DNA of 63,496 nucleotides, filler included, from Octopus bimaculoides (Eukaryota): the NCBI RefSeq assembly GCF_001194135.2. It is 4 parts of 4 records of this genome, joined end to end, with 100 filler letters (N's around TTAATTAATTAA, not from the genome) between each part and the next. Parts side by side here need not be neighbours in the genome. Positions count along the whole stretch, not along the records: positions 1 to 14,695 come from NC_068993.1; positions 14,796 to 33,723 come from NC_068989.1; 2 more parts are not named here. One strand, given 5' to 3'. Numbering within the stretch: position 1 is the first letter of the stretch; each line of letters begins with the position of its first letter. The translations under genes and the position numbers were made by a program. Of this stretch, positions 13,052 to 24,688 are shown in pieces. The notes under the pieces are model-generated. The model was not told where the DNA came from and ran no database searches. It was given only the letters and a program-made list of their open reading frames with translations.

Positions 13052-13587
13052 ATAAGTACGTGCGGTCAAATACGAGAATCATACCCGCGTGATTTTTTTC
13101 TTTTTTTGCTCCTCATTTTTATCTCATTGTTTTCTGTCCCTTCTCTTCCCCATTTCTCCTGGACTATCTTCTAGCAGTTGGAGAGAAAAACTGTGATGCA
13201 TTATAATTTTTACACTTTACATATTCCCTCGAAAACCAGTTTAACAATCATCAATGATATTAATACGCTAACTTTTTGTTTTTAAACGTACCTGTTGTGT
13301 GCGTCACACGTACTTCAAAGAAGTGGGAACGTGAAAGAGAGAGAGAGGAAGAGAGAGAGAGAGAGGAAGTCAGAGAGAAAGAGAGAAGGAGTGACAGGGA
13401 CTTCCTGCAGAGTTCCTAGGAGGAGGAGGAGGAGGAGGAGGAGGAGGAAGAGGGTGAGGAAGGATTTATATGTGCAGATATCTGTTTTGCTTTATGTATG
13501 TATTCTCATGCATATAGTTGCCTATCTAGGTATGCTCATATGTACGTACGTACGTATGTACGTATGTATGTATGTATAGACGACAGC

Positions 13588-13715
13588 TTCCCCACGGGTT
13601 TCATCAGCTGTAGTCACTCGGTAAACATTGGTCGGCCGTGGAATATTATAGAAGACATTGGCAAAAGTGCCGCGGAGTGGAACTTCACTCGAAATCATAT
13701 GGTTGTAATCAGATT
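13588..13715 (-). mobile_element. SINE family A, degenerate left arm
   Basis: GACAGCTTCCC.CGGGTTTC...CACTC...ATAGAAGACATTGGCAAAAGTGCCGC..AGTGGAACT matches the reverse complement of the family A head. Confidence 0.55.
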
Positions 13716-14650
13716 TCTTAACCATACTAACTTGTTTGTACTTGTATAAAATATAAATATCTTTTTTCCATTTTATCACTTTCATTTCAACAGCTACCTC
13801 AACTTTTTGCGCATAAAATTCGCCCTGACAAGCTTCTTCAACTAATTTTAAATAATTAGGAGCTGAGTAGAAAAATAATGTTAGTCGATGATTAATGATA
13901 GCATTAATTGTTTGGGCAAGTACAGAAAATAACTTTAGAAAATATTTCAGCAATTGCTTTCATTTGTTAATTTTCTACAAAGACAAACATTCACAATGAC
14001 AGTCGGTCATTATTATTCTACTCTTGTTAAAACCATTCTCTCATACTACGTGGAGGAGATCTAATATATCCGAAACATGAACGCAATTGTCTCCCTTACT
14101 TGCTGGAGCAATTAAAAAATCGTCATAGTCATTGATAACTATGAGCGTTTTTGTCTCACCTCATTATTATATCTAATTAACATTCCTTTTTATTATATTG
14201 CTCTGGATAAACTATATTAACTCTACATAGACTACTATTTCAAATATCTGACATAAATTTGCATCACGCCTCCTTATTGGTTCGATAAATATGCGCAGTA
14301 ATATGAAGGAAGATAGAATTAACCTCTAAGGGTTATTGTGTTTATCATGTTTGGACAGAATTCGTACAACCGACTAGCAAAAGGCACTGAAATTATGGAG
14401 TCTATATATTCTAGGCAAATAAATATATGTGTGCATATGTGCATAGATTATGCGCGCGCGCGCGCGCGTGTGTGTGTACTGTGGGTGTGTGCGTGTGTGT
14501 GCTGCGCAGGAGTATAGGTAGATAAACTAAATAAACAGAAGACAATCACAAATATGTATTTGCATCTATCTCATTCTTCCTTCTCTGTCTCACTCTTACA
14601 TCGTGCACTCGCATTCACACTCATTATAATATGCACACATACATGCATAC

Positions 14651-14695
<45 letters not shown>

Positions 14696-14739
14696 NNNNN
14701 NNNNNNNNNNNNNNNNNNNNNNNNNNNNNNNNNNNNNNN

Positions 14740-14751
14740 TTAATTAATTAA
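14740..14751. other. Artificial scaffold spacer TTAATTAATTAA (also 33768-33779 and 53208-53219)
   Basis: At all three sites the 12-mer sits between exactly 44 N on each side (100 bp total). It is palindromic with TAA stops in all six frames. Confidence 0.95.
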
Positions 14752-14795
14752 NNNNNNNNNNNNNNNNNNNNNNNNNNNNNNNNNNNNNNNNNNNN

Positions 14796-14959
14796 ATATT
14801 GCCACATTTATAATATGTTTTTTCTACTGTAATTTTCTGCATTTTCGTGCAGCTGAAGATTGCTCTTCATATTGCATTTAATGTAATGCTCGCATTACTT
14901 AAATAAATTGGAGTAGCATGAAACGTGCGTACTTCAATCACCTTTGAAATCCGTGTTGC

Positions 14960-14966
<7 letters not shown>
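14796..14966 (+). repeat. Dispersed repeat family F, unclassified, about 165 bp
   Basis: Reverse-complement copy at 46849-47010 (AATAAGCAACACGGATTTCAAA.GTGATTG.AGTACGCACGTTTCATGCTAC...GAAGAGCAATCTTCAGCTGCACGAAAA). Confidence 0.85.
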
Positions 14967-15002
<36 letters not shown>

Positions 15003-15489
15003 CTTTCACTTTTATCTTTCTGATCGTCTAGCGGGTACATTTATCCTTCTCTCCTCTGTTATTTTCCAAATGACTTCCTTATCATGTTTTCCTTCTCAGT
15101 CACTATGCACTCTCGCTTAGTGTTGTTCCGTTTTGTTTTATATTCATCGTAAAAAAAAACTACTGCTTACTGTAATATTATCATCTACATTTCCCGTCTC
15201 CAGTCCTTTCTTTTTGGCTAGTCTTATACGTACATCCGTTTCCTGCTCTAGCGTTTTCTTCGTCCCTAACACTAAGGCTCATCTGAATGCTTTTTTCAGT
15301 TTCTGTGTCCGATTACAGCTGTATTCAATGGATGTTGACTCCTCCAAAGAACGTATAAGGAACGTAGTTCTATCCACGGCATCAAAATCGTTAAGATCCT
15401 TAGTGAGAAAGCCGACGATCATTCAATTTTCAGCTATTTTCTTAATTCGTAACGTTTGTCTTGTGTTTATGCCTATTCTTATTTCTTTA

Positions 15490-15639
15490 TTGCCCACAAG
15501 GGGCTAAGCATAGAGGGGACAAACAAGGACAGACAAAGAGATTAAGTCGATTACATCGACTCCAGTGCGTAACTGGTACTTAATTTATCGACCCCGAAAG
15601 GATGAAAGGCAAAGTCGACCCCGACGGAATTTGAACTCA
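15490..15639 (-). mobile_element. SINE family B, 3' part (head lost in gap)
   Basis: The plus strand reads AGTCGATTACATCGAC.CCAG...CTGGTACTTAATTTATCGACCCCGAAAGGATGAAAGGCAAAGTCGACC...GGAATTTGAACTCA, shared with the other B copies. Confidence 0.85.
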
Positions 15640-16399
15640 NNNNNNNNNNNNNNNNNNNNNNNNNNNNNNNNNNNNNNNNNNNNNNNNNNNNNNNNNNNNN
15701 NNNNNNNNNNNNNNNNNNNNNNNNNNNNNNNNNNNNNNNNNNNNNNNNNNNNNNNNNNNNNNNNNNNNNNNNNNNNNNNNNNNNNNNNNNNNNNNNNNNN
15801 NNNNNNNNNNNNNNNNNNNNNNNNNNNNNNNNNNNNNNNNNNNNNNNNNNNNNNNNNNNNNNNNNNNNNNNNNNNNNNNNNNNNNNNNNNNNNNNNNNNN
15901 NNNNNNNNNNNNNNNNNNNNNNNNNNNNNNNNNNNNNNNNNNNNNNNNNNNNNNNNNNNNNNNNNNNNNNNNNNNNNNNNNNNNNNNNNNNNNNNNNNNN
16001 NNNNNNNNNNNNNNNNNNNNNNNNNNNNNNNNNNNNNNNNNNNNNNNNNNNNNNNNNNNNNNNNNNNNNNNNNNNNNNNNNNNNNNNNNNNNNNNNNNNN
16101 NNNNNNNNNNNNNNNNNNNNNNNNNNNNNNNNNNNNNNNNNNNNNNNNNNNNNNNNNNNNNNNNNNNNNNNNNNNNNNNNNNNNNNNNNNNNNNNNNNNN
16201 NNNNNNNNNNNNNNNNNNNNNNNNNNNNNNNNNNNNNNNNNNNNNNNNNNNNNNNNNNNNNNNNNNNNNNNNNNNNNNNNNNNNNNNNNNNNNNNNNNNN
16301 NNNNNNNNNNNNNNNNNNNNNNNNNNNNNNNNNNNNNNNNNNNNNNNNNNNNNNNNNNNNNNNNNNNNNNNNNNNNNNNNNNNNNNNNNNNNNNNNNNN

Positions 16400-17060
16400 C
16401 TTTTTGGCAGATTTATCACACTGGATGAAACGTTGGTCCATCACTATGATCCTGAGACTAAAATCTAGTCGAAACAATGGAAGCATGATAACTCACCACC
16501 TCCAAAGAAGGCTCGTGTTCAACCCTCAGCAGGCGAGGAGATGCTCAGTCTTTTGGAACCAGCGTAGAGTAGTGATGATGGATTTTTTGCAAAGGGCGCC
16601 ACAATTATGCTTCTCTGTTGCAGAAATTGCAGGATGCCATCAAAGTAGAGAGGCGTGGCATGTTGACCAAATGCGACCGCCTCCACCAAGACAACGCCTC
16701 GGTTCACAATGCACATGTTGCCCAGATGTAAGCACACTCATGCGACTATGAAATCATTCATCCTCCCCCTTACTTTTCCGACCTCACATCATCTGACTTC
16801 CGCCTCTTTCCAACCATGAAGTCGTTTTTGAAGGGGAAACACTTTTCAGATGACGATCTTATTTCCGAGGTAAAATCTTGGCTCCAGACGCAACCTACCA
16901 ACTTCTACGGACGAGGCCTTCACAACTACATTAAAAAAATGGGAGAAATGTGTCACCATTGGTGGTGGCTATGTAGAGAAGGACTGATAATTATGCCAGG
17001 TTTCGTTTATCCCAGTCCTTGGAAAGTGGATCAGAGGAAATCTTTAATGAACGCCCCTCG
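16400..17060 (+). mobile_element. Mariner (D,D34D) transposon, 3' half, pseudogenised
   Basis: Translation gives ITLDETLVHHYDPETK..., HQDNASVH..., HPPPYFSDLTSSDFRLFP and KWEKCVTIGGGYVEKD*. There are 34 residues between the second and third Asp, with stops and frameshifts. The right end AAATCTTTAATGAACGCCCCTCG is followed by TA at 17061-17062. Confidence 0.92.
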
Positions 17061-18454
17061 TACATACATACACACCTACCTACCTACATATATACATACA
17101 CACACACATACTCGTGTGCGTGTACACAGACTCTTTAATCTAACTAATAATGCTCCAGTGTATTCGTTTTGAATAAGTATTTGCTGTTATTTTATTTAGT
17201 ATAGGAGATAAAATATCCTGTCTTATTCGGCACACATTCGACATTTATTTCAACAGGTAAAATGAAATCTTCCCAAAACTGTTGCTTGAATTTTCATCAC
17301 TTCTTAGATTCTTTGCCTTAAATGCCCACCGTCTATGATTGCTGTTCTGTAGATCTGATGAGGAAAATAACCTTAAAGAAAACAATCTTAGAGAGAAACA
17401 TCAGGGCTTCTAGGCGATCAAACTATCAGTCCATTTTTATTCCATTAATCAGTTAGAAATTAGGCATTAAGGAAATGCCGTATATTGAGACCCTTGCGTA
17501 GAAGAGCACTATCTTGCTGTTGGTTGGAAAGTGGTTGAAAAATTCTTTTTTTTCTACTTATGTCTGTTACCAAAATATTTTTCAAGGACTCTAAATAGGT
17601 AGTCTCTGTTACAGAGTTTAAAAAATAAGGAAAAAGACAGGTTGTGTTGTTTCACCAACACAAAAAGCAATGAAATAAATGATCAAGTATTTCGCGGGGG
17701 TTTCCGTAAATCAACAACTTAACTTGTTGGTAGCGTCTCCAACAAGAAAGGTAATTTCATCTGAATACTTTCTTGCTAAGATAATCTATGAATTAATGAT
17801 AAATGAAAACTTTCCTTGTCCTTAGAAGGTATTTTTCATTAATATACGAGTACTTGTAATAGCTACTCTATATTTTGCATTAAATTGGTATTCAATGATT
17901 CAAGAGTCTACCATGGATGAACTTGATGCTTCCATTGCTTATAGAACTTGATGATTGAAAATTGGCAGGATATACACGATCAGCTGTATCACAGTGAGAA
18001 GGGTTGTGTAGAAAACAATTATGTACTCTAGCTATAGTATATTTCCAATTTCTTAGCTTTATTTGAAGACCATGATTATTATATATTGCAGATTAAAATG
18101 CTTTGAAGAATATCTACAGAAAGGAGGCAGTGTAGGCAATAAGAAGCTAAGATTCTCATTTATTTTAGTTCATTTTTGTTGCTTCTCTTACATCTACCCC
18201 GTAATAAAGTAAGTAAAGAATTAACAAAATATAAATACAGTCACACAGCCTTGTCTTACACTCTATTTTGTCTAAAATGTTTCCTCTTTGAGATAAGTAA
18301 TGGAGATCCGGGTCAGTATATCTCTGTAGCGATTTTAAATTTTAACTGAAGTCAAAGACACAAAGAAATGCGTCATACTTTAAAAAAAATTTTTTAAGAG
18401 TTCAGTTCGTGAAAAGATAAACTTGTGTTCCAAATAAAACTTACCTTTATAGGT

Positions 18455-18851
18455 AAGATGCAGGAGTGACTGTGTGGTAAGTAGCTTGCTTACAAACCAC
18501 ATGGTTCCGTGTTCCGTCCCACTGCGTGGTACCTTGGGCAACTATAGCATCGAGCCGACCAAAGCCTTGTGAGTGGATTTGGTAGACGGAAACTGAAAGA
18601 AGCCCGTCGTATATATGTATATATATATATATGTGTGTGTGTTTTTGTGTGTCTGTGTTTCTCCCCTATCCCCAACATCGCTTAACAACCGATGCTGGTG
18701 TGTTTACGTCCCCATAACTTAGTGGTTCGGCGAAAGAGACCGATAGAATAAGTACTAGGCTTACAAAGAATAAGTCTTGGGGTCGATTTCCTTGACTAAA
18801 GGCGGTGCTCCAGCATGGCCGCAGTCAAATGACTGAAACAAGTAAAAGAGT
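18455..18851 (+). mobile_element. SINE family A, most complete plus-strand copy (tRNA-derived, CORE-like, internal microsatellite)
   Basis: The head has A-box-like TGTGTGGTAAG and B-box-like GTTCCGTCCC, then a CORE-like CCTTGGGCAA, an internal (TA)n(TG)n, a right arm and an AAAAGAGT tail. It resembles the CORE-type SINEs described in Octopus (OR2-like); that naming is inference. Confidence 0.85.
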
Positions 18852-20078
18852 TTAATTTATTTAATATATGATCGGTAAAAATATAACTTCTTCACATTTC
18901 AGAACTAGTTCACTTGTATACCAGACACAACGATTCATAGATTAGAAATTTCCGTGTTAGGTCGACAAGAAACTTGTTTTTTTTCTGGTATAGCCCACTA
19001 GCCAACAATATGTATATTTACCTGCAGGAAAGTGTATTTAATTCTAATTAGGTCAAGTTCTGTAAAAAGGTATAAAGGTTTTGCCAATTTGTCAATGAAC
19101 ACATCACAAGCACCAGCTGCGGAAAGTGAATTCATGATATGGACTGTATAGGTTTCATAGCATTTCATTCAGTCACACATTACGTCAGAGTTCCTGTGTT
19201 TGTTTTAGTACGTCATGTATCTAAACCTTGCTCCTCAAACTTGTTCTACTGAAAAATACGTAATAAGTATTACAAAGTAAATACGTATGGTTTTGCATTT
19301 TCCCGGTCAAATTGATTGTATGTAATCTTAATTGGATAATTGTCTTATTTTTGATGTGAGACATATCTAAAAAAGAGATAGAATTTCTAATGTGAATAGG
19401 ATGGAACTTTAAAGAATTTTCTTGATAATAGTTTTGGTAATCAGCTAATGGATGGTACCAACTCCAGACAGGAAGACTTTCCTGAGTAGAAAGTTTGTTC
19501 TACTTAAACATTTTATCGCTACTTCTCTAATAACAAATAGGAAGAGATATAAATCAGCAGTAGTATCTAGGATAACTAGGTTACACTAGTTTCTCTAGAT
19601 TGAAACATGTTGCCATCTTAGTAAGTCAGCGGAAGAAACTCCTAAAATGACATAAGCAATTAAGTTATCCTGTAAGAATCAATTAATAAATAAGTCAAAC
19701 TTTGAAAATGTTGAAAATGCTGGATCTATTTCTTTGATTACATTTTGCTGGAGCTAAGAAATGTTCAGCCTGATTCAATTTCTTGTGGAATAAATAAGTT
19801 GTGATTAAATAAGCAATATTTTTTGTAGCCAGCTTGTGAAGGAGTTAGATAATAATTTGACTCCACTGGGACTTGGTGAAACCAGAAAAATCTATTGGTT
19901 GAAATGAGATTTAACGGACCTACAAAATTCGTAATCTGAGTAATATTTATGGGGTTGTAAATACATCAATCTAAGACTCGATGGGACGAACGAACCCGCT
20001 GCTCTCAAGTGAATCTGACAGGTTCCATGAAAATTAGTCAGATGTTAGTGCAAAATGTATGACTAATGAACTTGTATT

Positions 20079-20154
20079 AAAAAACAGCATACACTAGTAA
20101 AAAACAGCATACACTAGTAAAAAACAGCATACACTAGTAAAAAACAGCATACAC
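20079..20154. repeat. 20-bp minisatellite, about 3.7 copies
   Basis: Unit TAAAAAACAGCATACACTAG, with near-perfect copies. Confidence 0.95.
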
Positions 20155-21945
20155 GACGTTTTTGAAAGAGCTACTAAAATCAACCATTCAACAATTTCTT
20201 ATTCATTAACATGAAACTTATTATTCTGTGACTTATATTCCTTTCTTTTAAGAATTCCTCACATTAGTCATCGGCCTTAAACTCGTTAGGCCCTAATCTT
20301 TTACACCATCATGACTTTGTCGTCTAGTATTTCTATCTTCAAGCGCTTGTCATATTCTATAAGGAGTTATTAGTTCATTTCTAATGGTTTTCATCCACGT
20401 TTCCATACTTTTTCCTGTTATTCCCATTAACTATTCTTAGGTCTAAATATCCATATTTATTATACACTGTATCGTGCTTTTACTCCATAATGATATCCAA
20501 AATGTTGATTCCAATTATATAATTCTAAACGCAACCTTCCATAAGAAATATATATTTTCCCCAAACACCTTCGACTGAAAGAAAATGGAATATTAAAGCA
20601 ACAGCTGCAACCAATAAACTCAATGTTAAATCAATATCTTCCATGGTAGCCTCTACAACTTGTAACTGCTATTGAATACGATATATTTCAGACTAGATCT
20701 ATTCTCAGTAATTCAACCCTGTGTTAGTTAATACCCACATGTAGTGAAAGACTTCATTGTTAATAAAAAGTCAAGCTGAAATTAATTTGTTTCGTTTTGT
20801 TTTTGTTGTTTATTTTTCTTAGGAAATAGAAAAAATTCTCGAAATAATTCACATTTCTAATAATAACAAATAGTAGAGAGGCTGTTGATATCATGCCGGA
20901 TCCTACAAACAGTAACACAGAACATTCTTCTCAATGTCACATGGAACCCTTGTAATGTAACAATTTAGAGTATATCCTACAGCCCTGCAATTTAATTATT
21001 TTTATGGTGACTGTTTTGCAAAATTTCATTTCCAAGAAATGCATGCATTTGCTTGGCTTAACATCTATATAAAATCTGACAAGTATTACATTGATTTTTT
21101 CCTAGATATCTTATCTGTCTGAGATTTGTTCCCAATTTCTGCCCACAGCCTTCGCATGTGGAACAGATTATACACAGTTTACTGAAACTTGTAAAAGAAT
21201 ACATTTATTTTAATTTTACTTCAACCAAAAGCACTCAAAGAAATAAAACGAAGTCAACGTGAATTGTGACGGAAAATAAATAAAATTTAGAGTTACTAAA
21301 ACGAAACAATGGTAAACATTTTGTAGTTTTTACTAGAAGCTATTAGTGAAAATTGAAACAAAATGTAAATGGAAAGCAATATCAGATTGAAAGATATCAA
21401 AGAAAGTATATTATCCGGAATATTAACTTTTAAAATGTCCTGTTCATGTTGAAGTAATTATTTCTGTTCTGTTACTTTAACAAATACAAAAATGACTTCT
21501 TTTCGTCTATTCAAAGATGGTTCTTGTAGGTTTTAGTTAAGAGAATCCAACTATAAATTCACTTGTTAAAAGCCTGTATTAATTGATTACGAAAATAATA
21601 TATAAAATTTCATAGATCTGAGTTTTCTATTCAGTCTAAACCACAACCAGGTTTCTTTTACTCCTGACTGAAGCCATGTTATCACAGACCGTCACAAATG
21701 ACTTAAAAACTAAAAATATGTACTGCCAAGTTTCTTTAACACTTTAAATATCTGGCCTTATTGCAACAGAAGAAATAATAATCATTATAATTGCAAGACA
21801 CACAAAATACTGTGCGATATTTACTTATTTCTAAGTATCGAGACAAGTTCATTTGTCTTTCATCTTTGAGAAGTCAATAAAATAAATACTAGCAGTTGAG
21901 ACCTGCGTAATCTAGACGGTGTTTTTAAATTTCATTATCCTCTTT

Positions 21946-21975
21946 AACCCGGCAACGCCGGTTATTTCTGCTAGT
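21946..21975 (+). mobile_element. Helitron-like 3' terminus
   Basis: Hairpin CCGG-CAACG-CCGG, then TTATTTCTG-CTAG-T and (TA)n. A related copy lies at 61973-62002. Confidence 0.55.
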
Positions 21976-21978
21976 ATG

Positions 21979-22056
<78 letters not shown>

Positions 22057-23663
22057 TCATAAATGACAGAATACTTTGATGGAATTTTATTTAACATTGA
22101 GAAATTCTAATATCATGACAAATTATTTCGTAACATAAAAACATTCATATAATTTATATTATTATATTTTATAATAAATAAATTACTTTCATGGATGCAT
22201 TAATACAAAATGCAAAAAATCTTTCAAAATAATACAGAATTTAAGCTACTTCTCCAGGTGAAACAAAATCTTTGTTAAATGATCCACATATTGTGACTTA
22301 AGCATGTGTGTGTGCATCTACAGTCATACCAACAATCCAACATACCTCCATCATCAGCTGTCCCACAGATATCATTATGGTTTCGATACCTGGGCAGTAC
22401 CATTCAATCCGGCAGCGTCAACAACACTAAAATAAGTGTTGTTTGGGAACGAAGAAACCAAAGAAACCACAACTTTCAAACACATATACCCTATGTACAA
22501 CCGTATCGGTAAATAAAGTCAACAAGTAAATTACAGCCAACTCCTAAATACATAACTAAACAGCGACAAATCTACAAAAGTTATAATACCATACAAAAAT
22601 TATAATCCCTACCGTCTTCCGTAGTATATAAAAGTGAAAACTTAACCACATTCTTTCAATCAATTAATTTATAGGCAGGATTAAACACTAACTTTAATAA
22701 AACTACAACAAAGAGACATATGAAGCAATGTACATTTTATCGGTATTAATAGTAAACTGCAATAACTAGATTATATGCTAAATCGCGACCAATCTTTAAG
22801 TTCATACAAATAATAATCCCATCAATGCTCCATAGTTACTACTATAATGAAAGTTAAAGATTTATATAAATTTCTCCAAAACAAAACAAACACGATTGAA
22901 ATTAATTTAACTAATAATACTTATGAATGAAATACATTATTTCATCATTCAAAAATTAAGGATCTTTTCATTTTCATCGACAGATCGAGAAATTAATTTT
23001 TTGTAACTAAACACTTTCAAACTTCGGACACTGGTAGAACGTGTCATATAAAACATCTTTTACTCTTAGCGTTGTTGAGAAAAGTTTCCATTTACGAAGT
23101 TATTTCATGTTAAAGTTGTATTTCGGGAATTTCAACTAATCAATGACGTGTATTCAGCTGAATAAAATTACTGCTGTTATTTGTCAACAACTTCCGGCAG
23201 CGTATATTGTGTCACTGCTACAAACAACCTTCATTCAATGAAGCAAAACTATAATGGCGACTGAAGAGTACAAAGCACAAACTCGCCTGAACAGGAATCC
23301 TATCCATACCATGTTAACCACCAGCCCTTGCTACTACTACTCCTCCTTAACTGAGCAGACCTAAGAAACGTAAAATGTTCAAGAATAGAACATGCTGCCC
23401 GGCTCTAGAATCGAACCTAGGTTTTAGCAATCTTAAATCCAACACCCTAAACACAGTCACTGAACTTCAAAAGTAATTCAGTTCAGATTATTGATGTCGT
23501 TGACACTCCTCTAACTACGATTAACTGCGAAGTATAAATATTAATTTTTAATGTCTAACACTTCGCTTGAAAGGCATATATGATTACAAACACAGCTATA
23601 CACATATATAGACACATATACATACATACACATATATTATATATATATGGGTGTGTGTGTGTG

Positions 23664-23717
<54 letters not shown>

Positions 23718-24510
23718 NNNNNNNNNNNNNNNNNNNNNNNNNNNNNNNNNNNNNNNNNNNNNNNNNNNNNNNNNNNNNNNNNNNNNNNNNNNNNNNNNNN
23801 NNNNNNNNNNNNNNNNNNNNNNNNNNNNNNNNNNNNNNNNNNNNNNNNNNNNNNNNNNNNNNNNNNNNNNNNNNNNNNNNNNNNNNNNNNNNNNNNNNNN
23901 NNNNNNNNNNNNNNNNNNNNNNNNNNNNNNNNNNNNNNNNNNNNNNNNNNNNNNNNNNNNNNNNNNNNNNNNNNNNNNNNNNNNNNNNNNNNNNNNNNNN
24001 NNNNNNNNNNNNNNNNNNNNNNNNNNNNNNNNNNNNNNNNNNNNNNNNNNNNNNNNNNNNNNNNNNNNNNNNNNNNNNNNNNNNNNNNNNNNNNNNNNNN
24101 NNNNNNNNNNNNNNNNNNNNNNNNNNNNNNNNNNNNNNNNNNNNNNNNNNNNNNNNNNNNNNNNNNNNNNNNNNNNNNNNNNNNNNNNNNNNNNNNNNNN
24201 NNNNNNNNNNNNNNNNNNNNNNNNNNNNNNNNNNNNNNNNNNNNNNNNNNNNNNNNNNNNNNNNNNNNNNNNNNNNNNNNNNNNNNNNNNNNNNNNNNNN
24301 NNNNNNNNNNNNNTATATATATATATATATATATATATGGTAGAATGCCTATATACATCTGTGTGTGCGCGTGTATGCCTGTGTATGTGTCCGCATCTGT
24401 GTACGGACGTGCAACATACATATGTGCGCTTGTGTGTATTTTTGTGTATGTGTGTGTGTGTGCGTGTGTGTGTGCGTGTGTGTATGTACGTATGTATGTA
24501 AATGTCTATG

Positions 24511-24688
24511 GACAATTATTCGGTTGCCATAATAAGACTCCGAGTTTCGGATGTCGGGGCGGAAACCTGCTCCGGCATCTCTTCAGTTATCGAGGCAATC
24601 AAGCTTCGATAACTGAAAAGATGCCGGAGCAGGTTTCCATCTCGACATCCGAAACTCGGAGTCTTATTATGGCAACAGAATAATTGTC
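24511..24688. repeat. 178-bp near-perfect inverted repeat (fold-back or MITE-like)
   Basis: Arms of 83 bp (24511-24593 and 24606-24688) differ at 5 positions, two of which are G:U-compatible on the plus strand. Three more pairs close a 6-nt loop AATCAA. Confidence 0.95.

Noticed and set aside
13522-13953. GPCR TM7-like reading of ORF 13522-13953
   Set aside because: It has no NPxxY motif or other helices, the start is non-ATG and the 3' half runs through a SINE remnant and a microsatellite.
15000-15480. LINE RT-like phrases on the minus strand (DFDAVDRTTF; DKEVIWKITEERRI)
   Set aside because: The resemblance is short, out of the expected order and interrupted by stops, so it is not enough to call.
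17680-17950. Helicase motif I-like NLLVASPTRK on plus, and macro-domain-like FLVGDAT on minus
   Set aside because: The GxGKT residues are missing, stops interrupt both frames, and the two readings are mutually exclusive chance matches.
20079-20154. CRISPR-like array (also 55239-55310)
   Set aside because: The repeats are directly adjacent with no spacers, there are no cas genes and the context is eukaryotic.
22950-23260. Probable dispersed repeat or DNA-transposon end
   Set aside because: It looks familiar as an octopus repeat, but there is only one copy in the window and no TIR pair or coding motif I can demonstrate.
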